From: Minisyncoccota bacterium
GTDB lineage: Bacteria > Patescibacteriota > Minisyncoccia > Phycocordibacterales > UBA9973
Length of the DNA stretch: 64,000 nucleotides
Assembly (NCBI GenBank): GCA_039915165.1
Contig: JBDSNU010000007.1
Coordinates: 113,812-177,811 of the forward strand
Direction: 5' to 3'
Below the pieces are notes generated by a model. That model saw nothing but the letters and a program-made list of their open reading frames with translations, had not been told where the DNA came from and made no database searches. Numbering within the stretch: the stretch's first letter is position 1; every line of letters starts with the position of its first letter. The translations under genes and the position numbers were made by a program. Of this stretch, positions 26,832 to 36,996 are shown in pieces.

Positions 26832-27728
26832 TTACTTTGATGCCTTACTATTACTGAGATAGTCGGTCTGTAGGACAGGGACAGTATTATCAAGACCTAA
26901 TGTAGTGGTAGCAATTTTTATAATTCCCCACACTGATACCATAACGAATAAGCCAATCAGACCCATATATATGAACTGTTTACTTTCTTGCTTGTCTTTT
27001 TGTTCAGAGGATCGGATGAATTTAAATACACCCCACAAGAAAACAACGAATGCCAACGTGAAGATACCAGGGATTATTACTGCTCCAATAATACATTTCG
27101 CCCAGATTGCAATATCTAACAATGTTTTAAATTTGGCACTACATGATTGTGCTGCTTGCATGTCTGTAGCGGTTGCCGCCAATCCTGCACCTGATCCAGT
27201 ATTGTATGCAGTACTACTGCCACCATTGAGAGGATTGGTTGTTTGTGAGCCGCCTACTTGCTGGGAAGTAGCTGAGGGATTGTAGTAATAATATTGCTGA
27301 CAGGCAGCTACCATCGTATCAGTTGTTGCATTGGTACAACAAGTACTAGCATTACCATCTGTTATGGTAGCGCAACTACTTTGGGTTTGAGCAGTAGTGG
27401 TTGATGGGGCACGGTTTGCACATGCATCTGCATAGGTATATGAGTTGGCGCCATAACAACAGGTAGAGTAATTATCATTAGTAACATTACTACAACTGAT
27501 TGCAGTGTTGGTTGTAGCTGGTGTGGTGGTAGTAGTTGTAGGATTCGCTTTTTCATATTCAGAACATTGCATGCTATTTGCAGCAACTCCCTCACCGCCA
27601 ACGGACTGAACACAACAAGATTGATAATTAGCACTAGTGACCGGCTGACATGAATCCGCAGCCTGAGCTGTAGGGAGGATAGAAACCAATGAAAGTACTA
27701 ATATAATTGCAGCAAGTATTTTTTTCAT
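26832..27728 (-). CDS. Secreted Cys-rich repeat ectodomain protein with a C-terminal VirB2/TrbC-like module (paralog 3).
   Basis: A signal peptide is present. Three degenerate repeats of NY-x-[ST]-CC type occur (SANYQSCCV, NDNYSTCCY, DGNASTCCT). The C-terminal module is FVVFLWGVFKFIRSSEQKDKQESKQFIYMGLIGLFVMVSVWGIIK. Confidence 0.55.
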   Translation of the reverse strand: MKKILAAIILVLSLVSILPTAQAADSCQPVTSANYQSCCVQSVGGEGVAANSMQCSEYEKANPTTTTTTPATTNTAISCSNVTNDNYSTCCYGANSYTYADACANRAPSTTTAQTQSSCATITDGNASTCCTNATTDTMVAACQQYYYYNPSATSQQVGGSQTTNPLNGGSSTAYNTGSGAGLAATATDMQAAQSCSAKFKTLLDIAIWAKCIIGAVIIPGIFTLAFVVFLWGVFKFIRSSEQKDKQESKQFIYMGLIGLFVMVSVWGIIKIATTTLGLDNTVPVLQTDYLSNSKASK

Positions 27729-27732
27729 ATTA

Positions 27733-28173
27733 TTAATTTACTATATTGTTAACTGTTCCAACAATAGCATTGGTAAGCGTCCAAGCACCCAGGATAAGCA
27801 GAGTTCCGATGACTGTGTAGAAGAACATATTCTTTGCTACCTTCATCTTCTCTGGATTGCCGCGAGCAAAAATAAACTGTAGGCCTGTCCAAATAAACAT
27901 AAGGATGATCAATGGTAATGCAATGCGAATGACAATGCTTAAAATTTTATTAATGGCTTCGGGTATGGTACTTATTCCACTTAAGGGATTGTTGAGATGG
28001 ATATTTAATGCAGAACCTGATGATACAGGAGCCCCATTTCCAGGGGAAGGAGTTGCGCTATTTCCTCCATTCCCAGGAGAAGGTGTGGTTGCGGCCTGCA
28101 CAGAAAGAGTCATTACAAAAAACAATACTATTGCTGAAAGTGAACCGAGATATTTTTTCATATTTTTAATCAT
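27733..28173 (-). CDS. Secreted Pro/Gly-repeat protein with a C-terminal VirB2/TrbC-like module (paralog 4).
   Basis: A signal peptide is present. The tandem repeat is TPSPGNG-x5. The module is LPLIILMFIWTGLQFIFARGNPEK...TVIGTLLILGAWTL. Confidence 0.5.
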   Translation of the reverse strand: MIKNMKKYLGSLSAIVLFFVMTLSVQAATTPSPGNGGNSATPSPGNGAPVSSGSALNIHLNNPLSGISTIPEAINKILSIVIRIALPLIILMFIWTGLQFIFARGNPEKMKVAKNMFFYTVIGTLLILGAWTLTNAIVGTVNNIVN

Positions 28174-28176
28174 ATA

Positions 28177-29052
28177 TTATTTTTGGAAGAAGTATAAATC
28201 GTCATGATATCCTAGTACTGAAATAATAGTGCGCACTATCACCCATGCACAAAGCATGAGCAACAGTCCAAGTACGAGATGCTTCGCCATACTGCCGAGT
28301 TTGGCATGCTGACCAGGCTTACCCATGGCCGCAATATAACTATAGCCGAGATACATTATCATGATGATTACCAATGGTAACAAGATAGTATTAAAAAAGA
28401 ATGACATGATATTATTCGCCAACTGCAATAGAGAGTTAAGATCACATTCGTCCCCTGCTCCACCATCACAAGGAATAAGCCCCATGCCTTTACTACTAGA
28501 AGATGATACAGGAACTAATGGTGGAATAGTACCATTTGTTATTGTGGTTGAAGATTGATTTGGTGTTGATGTTGAAGCTGGAATAACAGCCGGCGTTTGA
28601 GTTTGCTGAGTCGCAAGCCCAGCACCAGAAGTTGTCGCAACAGCTGCTTTTGTAGTGAAATCACAGTCAGTTATTGCTTCGGTAGTGTTAGATGATTGAG
28701 AAGTAGGGATAACAAAAACGCTATAACTAGTTAATGGCTTCAGATTATGAAAACCGTAGTTCTGCTGAGTATTGTACGATGCAGGACTTATCACATCCAC
28801 TGGTTTCAAATTTTTTTTATCATCTACATCTGCTATAACGAAACCTGCATTACTAAAAGTATATGTGGTGGTATTTTGCTTAATAGTTAGTACAGCTAAA
28901 TCAGGCCTTATGTCCTTTGCAATACATGAAAAACTGGCTGCGTGTATCTTCTGAGTAGGTATAGCTACAAGTGCCGCAAAAATAAACAGGTGAAAAATCT
29001 TAATGCCAAAAACATTTTTATTGAGCAGTTGTTTGAAGGTCGCGTGTTGCAT
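28177..29052 (-). CDS. Secreted protein with a roughly 200-aa ectodomain and a C-terminal VirB2/TrbC-like module (paralog 5).
   Basis: Signal/anchor segment. Ser/Thr-rich linker. A CDGGAGDEC motif precedes the module LLPLVIIMIMYLGYSYIAAMGKPGQHAK...LGLLLMLCAWVIV. Confidence 0.5.
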   Translation of the reverse strand: MQHATFKQLLNKNVFGIKIFHLFIFAALVAIPTQKIHAASFSCIAKDIRPDLAVLTIKQNTTTYTFSNAGFVIADVDDKKNLKPVDVISPASYNTQQNYGFHNLKPLTSYSVFVIPTSQSSNTTEAITDCDFTTKAAVATTSGAGLATQQTQTPAVIPASTSTPNQSSTTITNGTIPPLVPVSSSSSKGMGLIPCDGGAGDECDLNSLLQLANNIMSFFFNTILLPLVIIMIMYLGYSYIAAMGKPGQHAKLGSMAKHLVLGLLLMLCAWVIVRTIISVLGYHDDLYFFQK

Positions 29053-30307
29053 TGTCGATTGCTGTTTGCGTATCAGTAGTATTACTGTTTACGTTATTAA
29101 TCATATCACGGAAGATCGTATTGGTACTAGCAGGATTGGGGTCTGGCCATGAGAATGCAGAGAGTGCTGATTGGAAAAAAACTGAAACATATGGATTGCT
29201 TTGCGCTAGCTGTAATAGGTCACGGCGCACTGGTGGTAATGAAAATTGTTTTGACAATGCATCAATACTTGCACTAGTTGCCAGCTGACTTGCAGCAGCA
29301 TACGCAGCAATAGCATTCGGTGCTTTGGCCATTATACCTACTGCCAATATTGATCCGTATGTTGTACCGCGACCTGTTGCAGAACTTTGAAACATTTGTG
29401 ACACATCGAAATTAAGATTGGGGTTTTGGGATTGGATTTGAAACAACTCACTAGCGCGACCGATATAAAATGCAGACTTCCCAGCCAAGAAATTTTGGAG
29501 GCTTTCAGGCAAAGAACTATTCCATGTGTAGTTGTCTTTGGTAGGGTTGGCAAAACTAGTGTAATAATCCAACGCTTGCACTGCTGCAGGTGTTTCCGTA
29601 GCACTACTGCCATTATTTAATACCACTTTTTGATTGACGATAATTGGATTGCCTGTTTGCAAAAATAATGTTGAGAGAATATCTCGCGCATGCAAAATAT
29701 TATTTGCTTCGCCCAGCGCAACAGTGCTCTGAGTAATCTGTCGTTTAGCATCACGACGAGTAAGTACTGGAATAGCCGCCTGCAAATCACTCCATGTTTT
29801 CGGTGGTACTAAAAAGTTTCGAGAAGCCAATATATCTTTGTTGTAATACACAACAAGTGGATCTACGAGTAGCGGCAATGCGCCGATACCAGTACTGGAC
29901 AAGAAAAACTGTGCACCATCAATGTTGGTATCGCGATACTGTCGCTCAGTATATGCACTAAAAGGTATGGTGTAGAGCTTACTACTGAGTTGAGCGTATT
30001 GCTCAGAATTAATCATGACCAAATCTGGTGATTGACCATTTGCTAGTGCAGTAATAATCTCCTGATAAAACGTTACGGCTTTGTGCTGACTATAATCAAG
30101 TGTGTAGCCATAATTTTCACTATTAAAGTTGTCGACAAACTTTTGCATATCAGCATACGGGATCACACCCCATACAACAACGGTACCTGTGGGAGTGGTG
30201 GATGCTGTTTTACTAGAGGATGAAAAAAGCCCTGAGAAAACTGCAATTGCAATGACAAAGCCAACAATAAATACAACAATGAGAATGGTTTGAAATGATG
30301 ACTTCAT
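29018..30307 (-). CDS. Extracellular solute-binding protein (ABC-type, family 1-like), TM-anchored, with no adjacent permease or ATPase.
   Basis: N-terminal TM anchor, and SBP-like periplasmic-binding fold signatures across 429 aa. Confidence 0.5.
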   Translation of the reverse strand: MKSSFQTILIVVFIVGFVIAIAVFSGLFSSSSKTASTTPTGTVVVWGVIPYADMQKFVDNFNSENYGYTLDYSQHKAVTFYQEIITALANGQSPDLVMINSEQYAQLSSKLYTIPFSAYTERQYRDTNIDGAQFFLSSTGIGALPLLVDPLVVYYNKDILASRNFLVPPKTWSDLQAAIPVLTRRDAKRQITQSTVALGEANNILHARDILSTLFLQTGNPIIVNQKVVLNNGSSATETPAAVQALDYYTSFANPTKDNYTWNSSLPESLQNFLAGKSAFYIGRASELFQIQSQNPNLNFDVSQMFQSSATGRGTTYGSILAVGIMAKAPNAIAAYAAASQLATSASIDALSKQFSLPPVRRDLLQLAQSNPYVSVFFQSALSAFSWPDPNPASTNTIFRDMINNVNSNTTDTQTAIDNATRDLQTTAQ

Positions 30308-30327
30308 GCAATTAAATATAATGAGTA

Positions 30328-30852
30328 TTACTTACCAAAAAGTATAGCATAGTGATGCGCTCCACTTGGTAGGCTATCAGCTAATTTTTTAAATCCTATC
30401 GTTCCAAGTAATGCTTCTGACATTGCCTCTGTAAAAATATGATGAGGTTTCGGACCGAGCCCACCAAAGGATTCTGTCCAATCAACTAGTACGATCTTGC
30501 CACCTTGTTTCAATACTCGATATGCTTCCTTCAACATCGCAGCCTTGTCATCAAGCGTGAACAATACATTGAAACACAGGACAACATCAACACTTTCATT
30601 GGCAAGTTTTGTGCCCTCAGGTATTTCAATATCTCCCCACAATACGTGAAGGTTGGGTAGTTTTTTATCAAGTGCATCACGGGTGATACGAGTAACTTGA
30701 TCTTTATTTATTTCAATAGCAAAGACTTGTCCTTGTGGTACTAATGTAGCAGCGAGCGCTGCTACCATACCACTACCAGCACCAAAGTCAGCGATAGTAT
30801 TTGTTGACTGAATATGCGCAGCCGCGAGAGTTTGTATAGGATCCATGAACAT
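30328..30852 (-). CDS. Class I SAM-dependent methyltransferase (small).
   Basis: Motif I DFGAGSGM and motif post-II DVVLCFNVL are present. The length is 174 aa. Confidence 0.65.
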   Translation of the reverse strand: MFMDPIQTLAAAHIQSTNTIADFGAGSGMVAALAATLVPQGQVFAIEINKDQVTRITRDALDKKLPNLHVLWGDIEIPEGTKLANESVDVVLCFNVLFTLDDKAAMLKEAYRVLKQGGKIVLVDWTESFGGLGPKPHHIFTEAMSEALLGTIGFKKLADSLPSGAHHYAILFGK

Positions 30853-30867
30853 GCACCTAGTATAGCA

Positions 30868-33327
30868 CTAGAGACATGTAACTGAAGCGAGACTATCCCC
30901 AGCGCGCAACTTCATGATCGTTACTCCTTGAGTTTGTCTACCACTTGAAGGCACTGTATTCAGATCAACACGGATCACTTGTCCTTTCTTTGACATAGCA
31001 ACAAGTTCCATATCATTGAGCACTACCTTTCCTACCATCAATGCACCAGAACGCGCAGTAACTTTTGTCGTTTTGATACCTGAACCGCCACGCTTCTGAA
31101 TTTTGTATTCACTCATTGCAGTTTTTTTACCAATACCGTTAGCACTCATGGCAAGCATGAAGGTGTTTTCTTCCGTAGAAACAACATCAGCACCAATGAT
31201 GACATCTCCTTTGCCGAGCTTCATTGCGCGAACACCACCTGCAGTACGTCCCATCTCACGAATATCTGTTTCTTCAAAACGAATGGATTGACCGAGTGCT
31301 GTAGCCAAGATCACACTGTTGTCTTTTTGCACGCGAAGTACGGCTTCAAGTTCATCTCCAGCATCCAAACGAATAGCAATAATGCCACTGCGTCGAACGT
31401 CTTTGAAACTCTCGTATGAAATTTTCTTGGCAGTTCCCTGTTTTGTAATCAACATCAATGATGCTTTTTCGGCCTTGGCTTTCTTTGGTACAGCAAGAAT
31501 TGAAGTAACTCTTTCATCGGCAGACAGAGACAGGAAGTTCATAATAGACTTACCTTTTGTTGCACGCTTACCTTCTAGCAGTTCATACATTTTGATCTGG
31601 TATGCCTTACCGCGATTGGTGAAGAACAACAAGTCACTATGCGTGTCTGTCATTAATAGAATGGTAACGAAATCTTCTTCCTTTGTTTCAAGGTCGATCA
31701 CTCCTACCCCTCCACGTTTCTGGATTTTGTATTCTGTTGGATCTGTACGCTTAACGTATCCGCCTGCAGTAAATACCAATACTGAATCTTTTTCAGGAAC
31801 AAGGTCTTCATCAGAAATTGCTTTATTTCCCGCATCGATAATCTTAGTTCGGCGTTCATCGCCATACTTGTCACGAATTTCTATCAATTCATCTGAGATG
31901 ACTTTATAAATTTTCTTGGCACTTGCAAGCAATGCTTCAAGTTCAGCAATTAACAGCTGCTTCTCTTTGAGTTCAAGCTCAACAGCTTTTCGCTCCAAAC
32001 CAGCAAGCTTTTGCAAACGCATTTCCAAAATAGCAGTAGCTTGTAAGTCAGAGAATTTAAATTCTTTGATCAAGTTTACTTTTGCGAGTGCAGCGTCTTT
32101 TGACTCACGAATAATAGTAATAACACGATCGATGTGATCAAGTGCTTTCTTTAGACCGAGCAAAATATGTTCACGGTCTTTTGCCTTCGCCAAATCATAC
32201 GCAGTACGACGACGTACAACTACCTCTCGATGAGCAATGAAGTATGTCAAAATAGACTTCATTGAAAGCGTCTGCGGGATGCCGTCAACAAGTGCCACCA
32301 TGTTGTAGTGGAAACTTTGTTCTAGTTGTGTGTGTTTGTATAAAAAGTTCAATACTTTCTGAGGGTTGATACCACTCTTCAAGGTGATCACTACGCGCAT
32401 ATCCTTGGTTGAAAGTTCATCAAGCGCTTTAATACCTTCAAGTTTCTTTTCTTGAACAAGTGTTGCAATAGATTCAACAAATGTTGATTTGTTTACACGA
32501 TATGGCAAAGACGTAATGATGATTTGATATGAACCATTTTTTAGCTCAGTGATTTCTGCTTCACCACGACACACAACACCTCCACGACCTGTTGCACTGG
32601 CATGTAAAATATCAGCTTTATTAAATGCTAGACCGCCAGTTGGAAAGTCGGGTCCTTTTACGATTTCTGCCAAGTCTTCGTTGGTAGCATTATCGTTTTC
32701 GATCAAATGCAAACATGCATCAATAATTTCTGTGAGGTTGTGAGGAGCGATGTTAGTCGCCATACCAACAGCGATACCAAGGGTACCGTTCAACAAAAGG
32801 TTTGGCACAGCAGAGGGTAATACAGAAGGTTCTTTACGAGTGGAGTCATAGTTAGGACGAAAATCCACTGTGTCTTTTTCGATGTCACGCAAAAGTTCAG
32901 ATGCAATCTTTGACATACGAGCTTCGGTATAACGCATCGCAGCAGCGTTATCGCCATCAACAGAACCGAAGTTACCTTGACCTTGGATCAAAGGATATCG
33001 CATTGAGAAATCCTGTGCGAGGTTAACCATCGCATCATATACAGATGAGTCACCGTGTGGGTGATATTTACCAAGTACATCACCAACTACGGTCGCACTC
33101 TTACGGTATTTTGCTGTTGCAACCAATCCGTTTTCATACATAGAATACAAAATACGTCGGTGAACCGGCTTCAAACCATCGCGCACATCAGGCAATGCAC
33201 GGTCAGTAATAACACTCATGGCATAGTCAATAAAAGACTCGCGCATTTCTGTAACAATGTTTACAGGAACAACATTGAGGCGAGGTTCAGCTGGTGCCGC
33301 TGGGACAGTAAGTTCTTTTTTAGCCAT
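30868..33327 (-). CDS. gyrA: DNA gyrase subunit A.
   Basis: [23 protein letters not shown] and YHPHGD are present, together with C-terminal beta-pinwheel repeats. The length is 819 aa. Confidence 0.95.
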   Translation of the reverse strand: MAKKELTVPAAPAEPRLNVVPVNIVTEMRESFIDYAMSVITDRALPDVRDGLKPVHRRILYSMYENGLVATAKYRKSATVVGDVLGKYHPHGDSSVYDAMVNLAQDFSMRYPLIQGQGNFGSVDGDNAAAMRYTEARMSKIASELLRDIEKDTVDFRPNYDSTRKEPSVLPSAVPNLLLNGTLGIAVGMATNIAPHNLTEIIDACLHLIENDNATNEDLAEIVKGPDFPTGGLAFNKADILHASATGRGGVVCRGEAEITELKNGSYQIIITSLPYRVNKSTFVESIATLVQEKKLEGIKALDELSTKDMRVVITLKSGINPQKVLNFLYKHTQLEQSFHYNMVALVDGIPQTLSMKSILTYFIAHREVVVRRRTAYDLAKAKDREHILLGLKKALDHIDRVITIIRESKDAALAKVNLIKEFKFSDLQATAILEMRLQKLAGLERKAVELELKEKQLLIAELEALLASAKKIYKVISDELIEIRDKYGDERRTKIIDAGNKAISDEDLVPEKDSVLVFTAGGYVKRTDPTEYKIQKRGGVGVIDLETKEEDFVTILLMTDTHSDLLFFTNRGKAYQIKMYELLEGKRATKGKSIMNFLSLSADERVTSILAVPKKAKAEKASLMLITKQGTAKKISYESFKDVRRSGIIAIRLDAGDELEAVLRVQKDNSVILATALGQSIRFEETDIREMGRTAGGVRAMKLGKGDVIIGADVVSTEENTFMLAMSANGIGKKTAMSEYKIQKRGGSGIKTTKVTARSGALMVGKVVLNDMELVAMSKKGQVIRVDLNTVPSSGRQTQGVTIMKLRAGDSLASVTCL

Positions 33328-33346
33328 ATAGTAGAGGTATTATAGC

Positions 33347-33553
33347 TTATTTTGAGTGAAAAAGCGATTGTGTATCTGTTAAAAGTGTGGCGTAAGCACT
33401 GGTAATTGCCTCTTCTGGGCCACGTTCTACTTGTTGAGGACGGGTATATACGTAGATCATTATAAGTACGAGAATAATAGCAATAATACCTGTTGCAATA
33501 ACGGCATAACGCTTGCGAACATGGAGTGGCTTACCTTGTAAATATTTGATCAT
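33347..33553 (-). CDS. Small single-TM membrane protein.
   Basis: 68 aa with a central hydrophobic helix. Confidence 0.35.
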   Translation of the reverse strand: MIKYLQGKPLHVRKRYAVIATGIIAIILVLIMIYVYTRPQQVERGPEEAITSAYATLLTDTQSLFHSK

Positions 33554-33570
33554 ATTACTGAATTAAATAA

Positions 33571-34215
33571 TTATCCTTGTGGTTCAAGTAATAAAATATA
33601 TCCTTCTTTGCCATCAAGGTCTCGGCGTTTCAGTGTTGCCTTGTCTTGAGATTCATTTTTTTCTTGCCCGCCTTCTTTTAGAAATTGGTTAAGTGTAGCA
33701 GCATTGTATTCATATGGAATAACTACGTTCGGATCAAATGATAGTGCGGTCTTGTATGCTTTGGCTGCAGTAAGATCCAATGAATCACTTCCTACAGGAA
33801 CAAAAATCATATCTGCATTTGAAGCAATTTCTTTTGCATCAGGTGTCATAGTCTTATCATCCGTTAATAATCCGAGAAATGCGATCTTAATACCATCTAG
33901 TTCAAAACCGTATACAGTATTGTTGTACGTCTTCCCTTCCATTATTACAGTACTAGGTGCACCGTTAATCATTAACTCTCGCACTTCATAGTTGCCAGGA
34001 CCATCGATAACGAATGGTTCTTTGTCACCAAGAGTAACAGTATCTCCCCCATTTGTATCAATAGTGTTAGTAGTAATAAGTGCGATATCAGCCCCAAAAC
34101 GTGGCACTTTTGCAAATGCCTTCGAATCCTTGGCAGGAGGATTGATAGCGATAGTAAGATCTCCTAATGTCAGTTTAAAATAAGACTTTCCGAAATATGT
34201 GATAACCATGTCCAC
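33571..34215 (-). CDS. UPF0173-like metal-dependent hydrolase (MBL fold).
   Basis: 214 aa. The N-terminal MDMVITYFGKSYFKL and overall pattern resemble UPF0173/YtkL-like proteins. Confidence 0.45.
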   Translation of the reverse strand: MDMVITYFGKSYFKLTLGDLTIAINPPAKDSKAFAKVPRFGADIALITTNTIDTNGGDTVTLGDKEPFVIDGPGNYEVRELMINGAPSTVIMEGKTYNNTVYGFELDGIKIAFLGLLTDDKTMTPDAKEIASNADMIFVPVGSDSLDLTAAKAYKTALSFDPNVVIPYEYNAATLNQFLKEGGQEKNESQDKATLKRRDLDGKEGYILLLEPQG

Positions 34216-34420
34216 ACTATACCAAAAAGAGCGGAAATAAAAAAATCACAGCGAAATGACCTTCAGAAAACCTTGCTATTTCACTCTATATACTGTATAT
34301 TTTCCTCACTCTATTGAGTATTAGTCATTCCCTTTTGGAATAACCCCCTCTGGTGCACTCAGACCTTTGGGAATCTAAAAGGTGGTTATAGCCACCTTTC
34401 GAGGTGGCAATTTTTTATTT

Positions 34421-35542
34421 ATGGATATAGAAGAAACAAAAGTAATCAACAACGATGTATCTGAAGAAGTTTCAGTACCGTCAGAACCTCACCGTGCAAT
34501 GATGGATGAGATCGTTGAAGGTCCTGTTATTGCTGTTGATAAATCAGCAATTTACATCGATCTTAAACCTTTCGGTACAGGTATCATTTATGGCCGCGAA
34601 TTCATCGCTGCTCGTGACCTGATCCGCAAGACAAACATTGGCGACATCATCAAGGCAAAAGTTGTTGATATCGAAAATGAGGACGGCTATGTTGAGCTTT
34701 CATTGAAAGAAGCAAAGCAGGCATTGATCTGGAATGAAGCAGAAATTGCTATCAAATCTAAGACAATGTTTGACCTTACTATCAAGGATGCCAACAAAGG
34801 TGGTCTTATTATTGACTGGCAGGGTGTTTCTGGATTTCTTCCAGCTTCACAGCTTAAGCCTGAACACTACCCTCGCGTAGAAGATTCTGATAAGGACAAA
34901 ATCCTTGTAGAACTTAAAAAGCTTATCGGTACTAAGTTTGCAGTGACAATGATCTCTGCTAACCCAAAGGATGGCAAGCTTATCTTCTCTGAAAAGGATG
35001 GTTCACCTGAAGAACGTCAGGAAGTAGTAAGTAAGTACAACGTAGGCGATGAACTCGACTGCGAAGTAACTGGTATCGTAGACTTCGGTGTATTCTTGAA
35101 AATCGAGGATGGCCTAGAAGGATTGGTACACATCTCTGAGCTTGACTGGGGACTTGTTGAAGACCCTCGTCAAATGTTCAAATTGAAAGACAAGGTAAAA
35201 GCTAAGATCATCGACATCAAGGATGGCAAGATCTCACTTTCAATCAAAGCATTGAAAGAAAACCCTTGGAAATCATTTGAAAGTACTTTGAAGAAAGGAG
35301 ATATCGTTAAAGGTGCTGTAATCAAATACAACAAACACGGTGCTCTCGTTTCTATCAAGGAAGGCGTAGCAGGACTTGTTCATCACTCAACATTCGGTAG
35401 TGAAGAAAAACTCCGCGAAGCACTTCAACTTGGCAAGACCTATCCTTTCACTGTGACTCTCTTTGAACCAAAAGAACAGCGTATGACTCTTGTCTGCGGT
35501 GAACAGAAAGTTGAAGAAGAAAAAACAGAAGAGGCTAAATAG
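34421..35542 (+). CDS. rpsA: 30S ribosomal protein S1 (short, 4 S1 domains). The ORF track starts it at 34382.
   Basis: Repeated S1 domains are present (GDIIKAKVVDIE..., GDELDCEVTGIVDFGVFLKIEDGLEGLVHISEL). Confidence 0.85.
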   Translation: MDIEETKVINNDVSEEVSVPSEPHRAMMDEIVEGPVIAVDKSAIYIDLKPFGTGIIYGREFIAARDLIRKTNIGDIIKAKVVDIENEDGYVELSLKEAKQALIWNEAEIAIKSKTMFDLTIKDANKGGLIIDWQGVSGFLPASQLKPEHYPRVEDSDKDKILVELKKLIGTKFAVTMISANPKDGKLIFSEKDGSPEERQEVVSKYNVGDELDCEVTGIVDFGVFLKIEDGLEGLVHISELDWGLVEDPRQMFKLKDKVKAKIIDIKDGKISLSIKALKENPWKSFESTLKKGDIVKGAVIKYNKHGALVSIKEGVAGLVHHSTFGSEEKLREALQLGKTYPFTVTLFEPKEQRMTLVCGEQKVEEEKTEEAK

Positions 35543-35554
35543 TTTCTTACTCGT

Positions 35555-35590
35555 AACACAAAAGCCGCCTCGTAAAGGGCGGCTTTTGTG
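35555..35590 (+). terminator. Intrinsic terminator after rpsA.
   Basis: acacaaaagccgcc-tcgtaaag-ggcggcttttgtgt. Confidence 0.65.
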
Positions 35591-35629
35591 TTTGTATGTA
35601 AGATATTTATTAAAGGAAAATAAAAGAAT

Positions 35630-35735
35630 TAATAGGGACAGTCCCCTATGTTTTTTCATAAGAAAAGACCCTTACATTAGAGGGTCATTTCTTTACGTAT
35701 TAAAGGTTTTAATAGGGACAGTCCCCTGTATTTTC
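35630..35735. repeat. Two copies of an 18-nt near-palindromic motif (aatagggacagtcccct) 78 nt apart, with a gaccct/agggtc hairpin between them.
   Basis: Direct repeats at 35633-35652 and 35711-35730 lie in the convergent rpsA/pth intergenic region. Confidence 0.7.
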
Positions 35736-35770
35736 TATTGCAGAAATCTTTATATTTAGATTGTTATCAC

Positions 35771-36337
35771 CTAGTTGTATTCGTTCATAATGTCCTGTGT
35801 GCTTTTGAACGGCAGTGCCTCGATGACCTTAATCGCTTTGCCTATTCCCTGATCGCGGAGCTCGTCTTCGAAGGGGGCGAAGTTTGAAAGCAAGAATGTT
35901 TCGAAACCATTTGGTGGCAAAATTTTTGATTGTAATTCTTCATGAACAGGACGAACACCAATACGGATACGTAAGAAATCTTTTGTACCAAGGTGATCGA
36001 TAACAGACTGCACACCATTGTGCCCACCAGCACCGCGCCCGAATGAACATTTAATTTCGCCAAGCGGAATATCGATGTCATCATAGACAACAACAACGGG
36101 TCCATTATGTTGCTTCACCAACATTGCTGCTGCCAAACCAGAATTATTCATAAAGGTAGTAGGTTTTGCGAGCAACAACTCTGTGCCAAAAGATGCAATC
36201 TCCGAATGAAAAAGTTTTCTCTCATTAAAATGCAGTCCTTCTAATGCTGCCATTACACTAAGTGTCATGAAGCCAACATTGTGGCGGTTGCGGACGTACG
36301 TAGTTCCAGGGTTGCCGAGCCCAATAACGATATTCAT
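35771..36337 (-). CDS. pth: Peptidyl-tRNA hydrolase.
   Basis: The N-terminus MNIVIGLGNPGTTYVRNRHNVGF matches the Pth signature. Confidence 0.9.
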   Translation of the reverse strand: MNIVIGLGNPGTTYVRNRHNVGFMTLSVMAALEGLHFNERKLFHSEIASFGTELLLAKPTTFMNNSGLAAAMLVKQHNGPVVVVYDDIDIPLGEIKCSFGRGAGGHNGVQSVIDHLGTKDFLRIRIGVRPVHEELQSKILPPNGFETFLLSNFAPFEDELRDQGIGKAIKVIEALPFKSTQDIMNEYN

Positions 36338-36384
36338 ACCGCTACTGTACCATATATTGCCATTCTGCTATACTTGCCCTAATT

Positions 36385-36996
36385 ATGGAACAAACAACAG
36401 AACACCAGACTCCCTCTCCAGAAATAGCCCCGCGGAAGACTTTTTTCCAAACTGGCCTTGGAAAGTTTATTGAAAATGTTCTTTATATCATTGGCGCAGT
36501 TATTTTTGCTGCAATTATCCAAGCGTTCCTTATTCGTCCTTTTATTGTAAGCGGTACATCAATGGACCCTGTGATCAAAAACGGTCAGTACCTTATTATT
36601 GATGAAGTAACCTACCATATCCATACACCTGAGCGTGGCGATGTGATCGTTTTCAAGGCACCACCAGAACCAAGCAAGTACTACATCAAACGTGTAATCG
36701 GCCTACCAGGAGATACCGTGAAGATCAAAGACGGTAAGGTTACTATTGTTAATACTGCACATCCAGATGGATTTACATTGAATGAACCTTATCTGACTCA
36801 CCTTTCAAACGATAATGGAACATTCGTTGTTACTCAAAATAATTACTTTGTGATGGGAGACAATCGTACTGGAAGTTACGACTCTCGATCATGGGGTATG
36901 CTGCCTATTGAAAATATCCGTGGGCGTGCAGTGCTACGACTATTACCAGTAAATACCGTAAGTGTATTACCAGGAAAAGAAACATATGAGTACTAA
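36385..36996 (+). CDS. lepB: Signal peptidase I.
   Basis: SGTSMDP (Ser), KRVIGLPGD (Lys) and GDNRTGSYDSR boxes are present. Confidence 0.85.
   Translation: MEQTTEHQTPSPEIAPRKTFFQTGLGKFIENVLYIIGAVIFAAIIQAFLIRPFIVSGTSMDPVIKNGQYLIIDEVTYHIHTPERGDVIVFKAPPEPSKYYIKRVIGLPGDTVKIKDGKVTIVNTAHPDGFTLNEPYLTHLSNDNGTFVVTQNNYFVMGDNRTGSYDSRSWGMLPIENIRGRAVLRLLPVNTVSVLPGKETYEY

Noticed and set aside
34380-34420. Hairpin ggtggttatagccacc in the rpsA leader, considered as a riboswitch.
   Set aside because: It is too short and simple for any known riboswitch class. It is more likely part of an S1 autoregulatory leader or incidental, and the true rpsA start (34421) lies just after it.
36962-36985. GTG-initiated 8-aa N-terminal extension of hisS overlapping lepB by 35 nt.
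   Set aside because: The ATG at 36986 gives the conserved HisRS N-terminus (MSTKPEPKK...KGMRD) and a modest 11-nt overlap. The longer version adds non-conserved residues.
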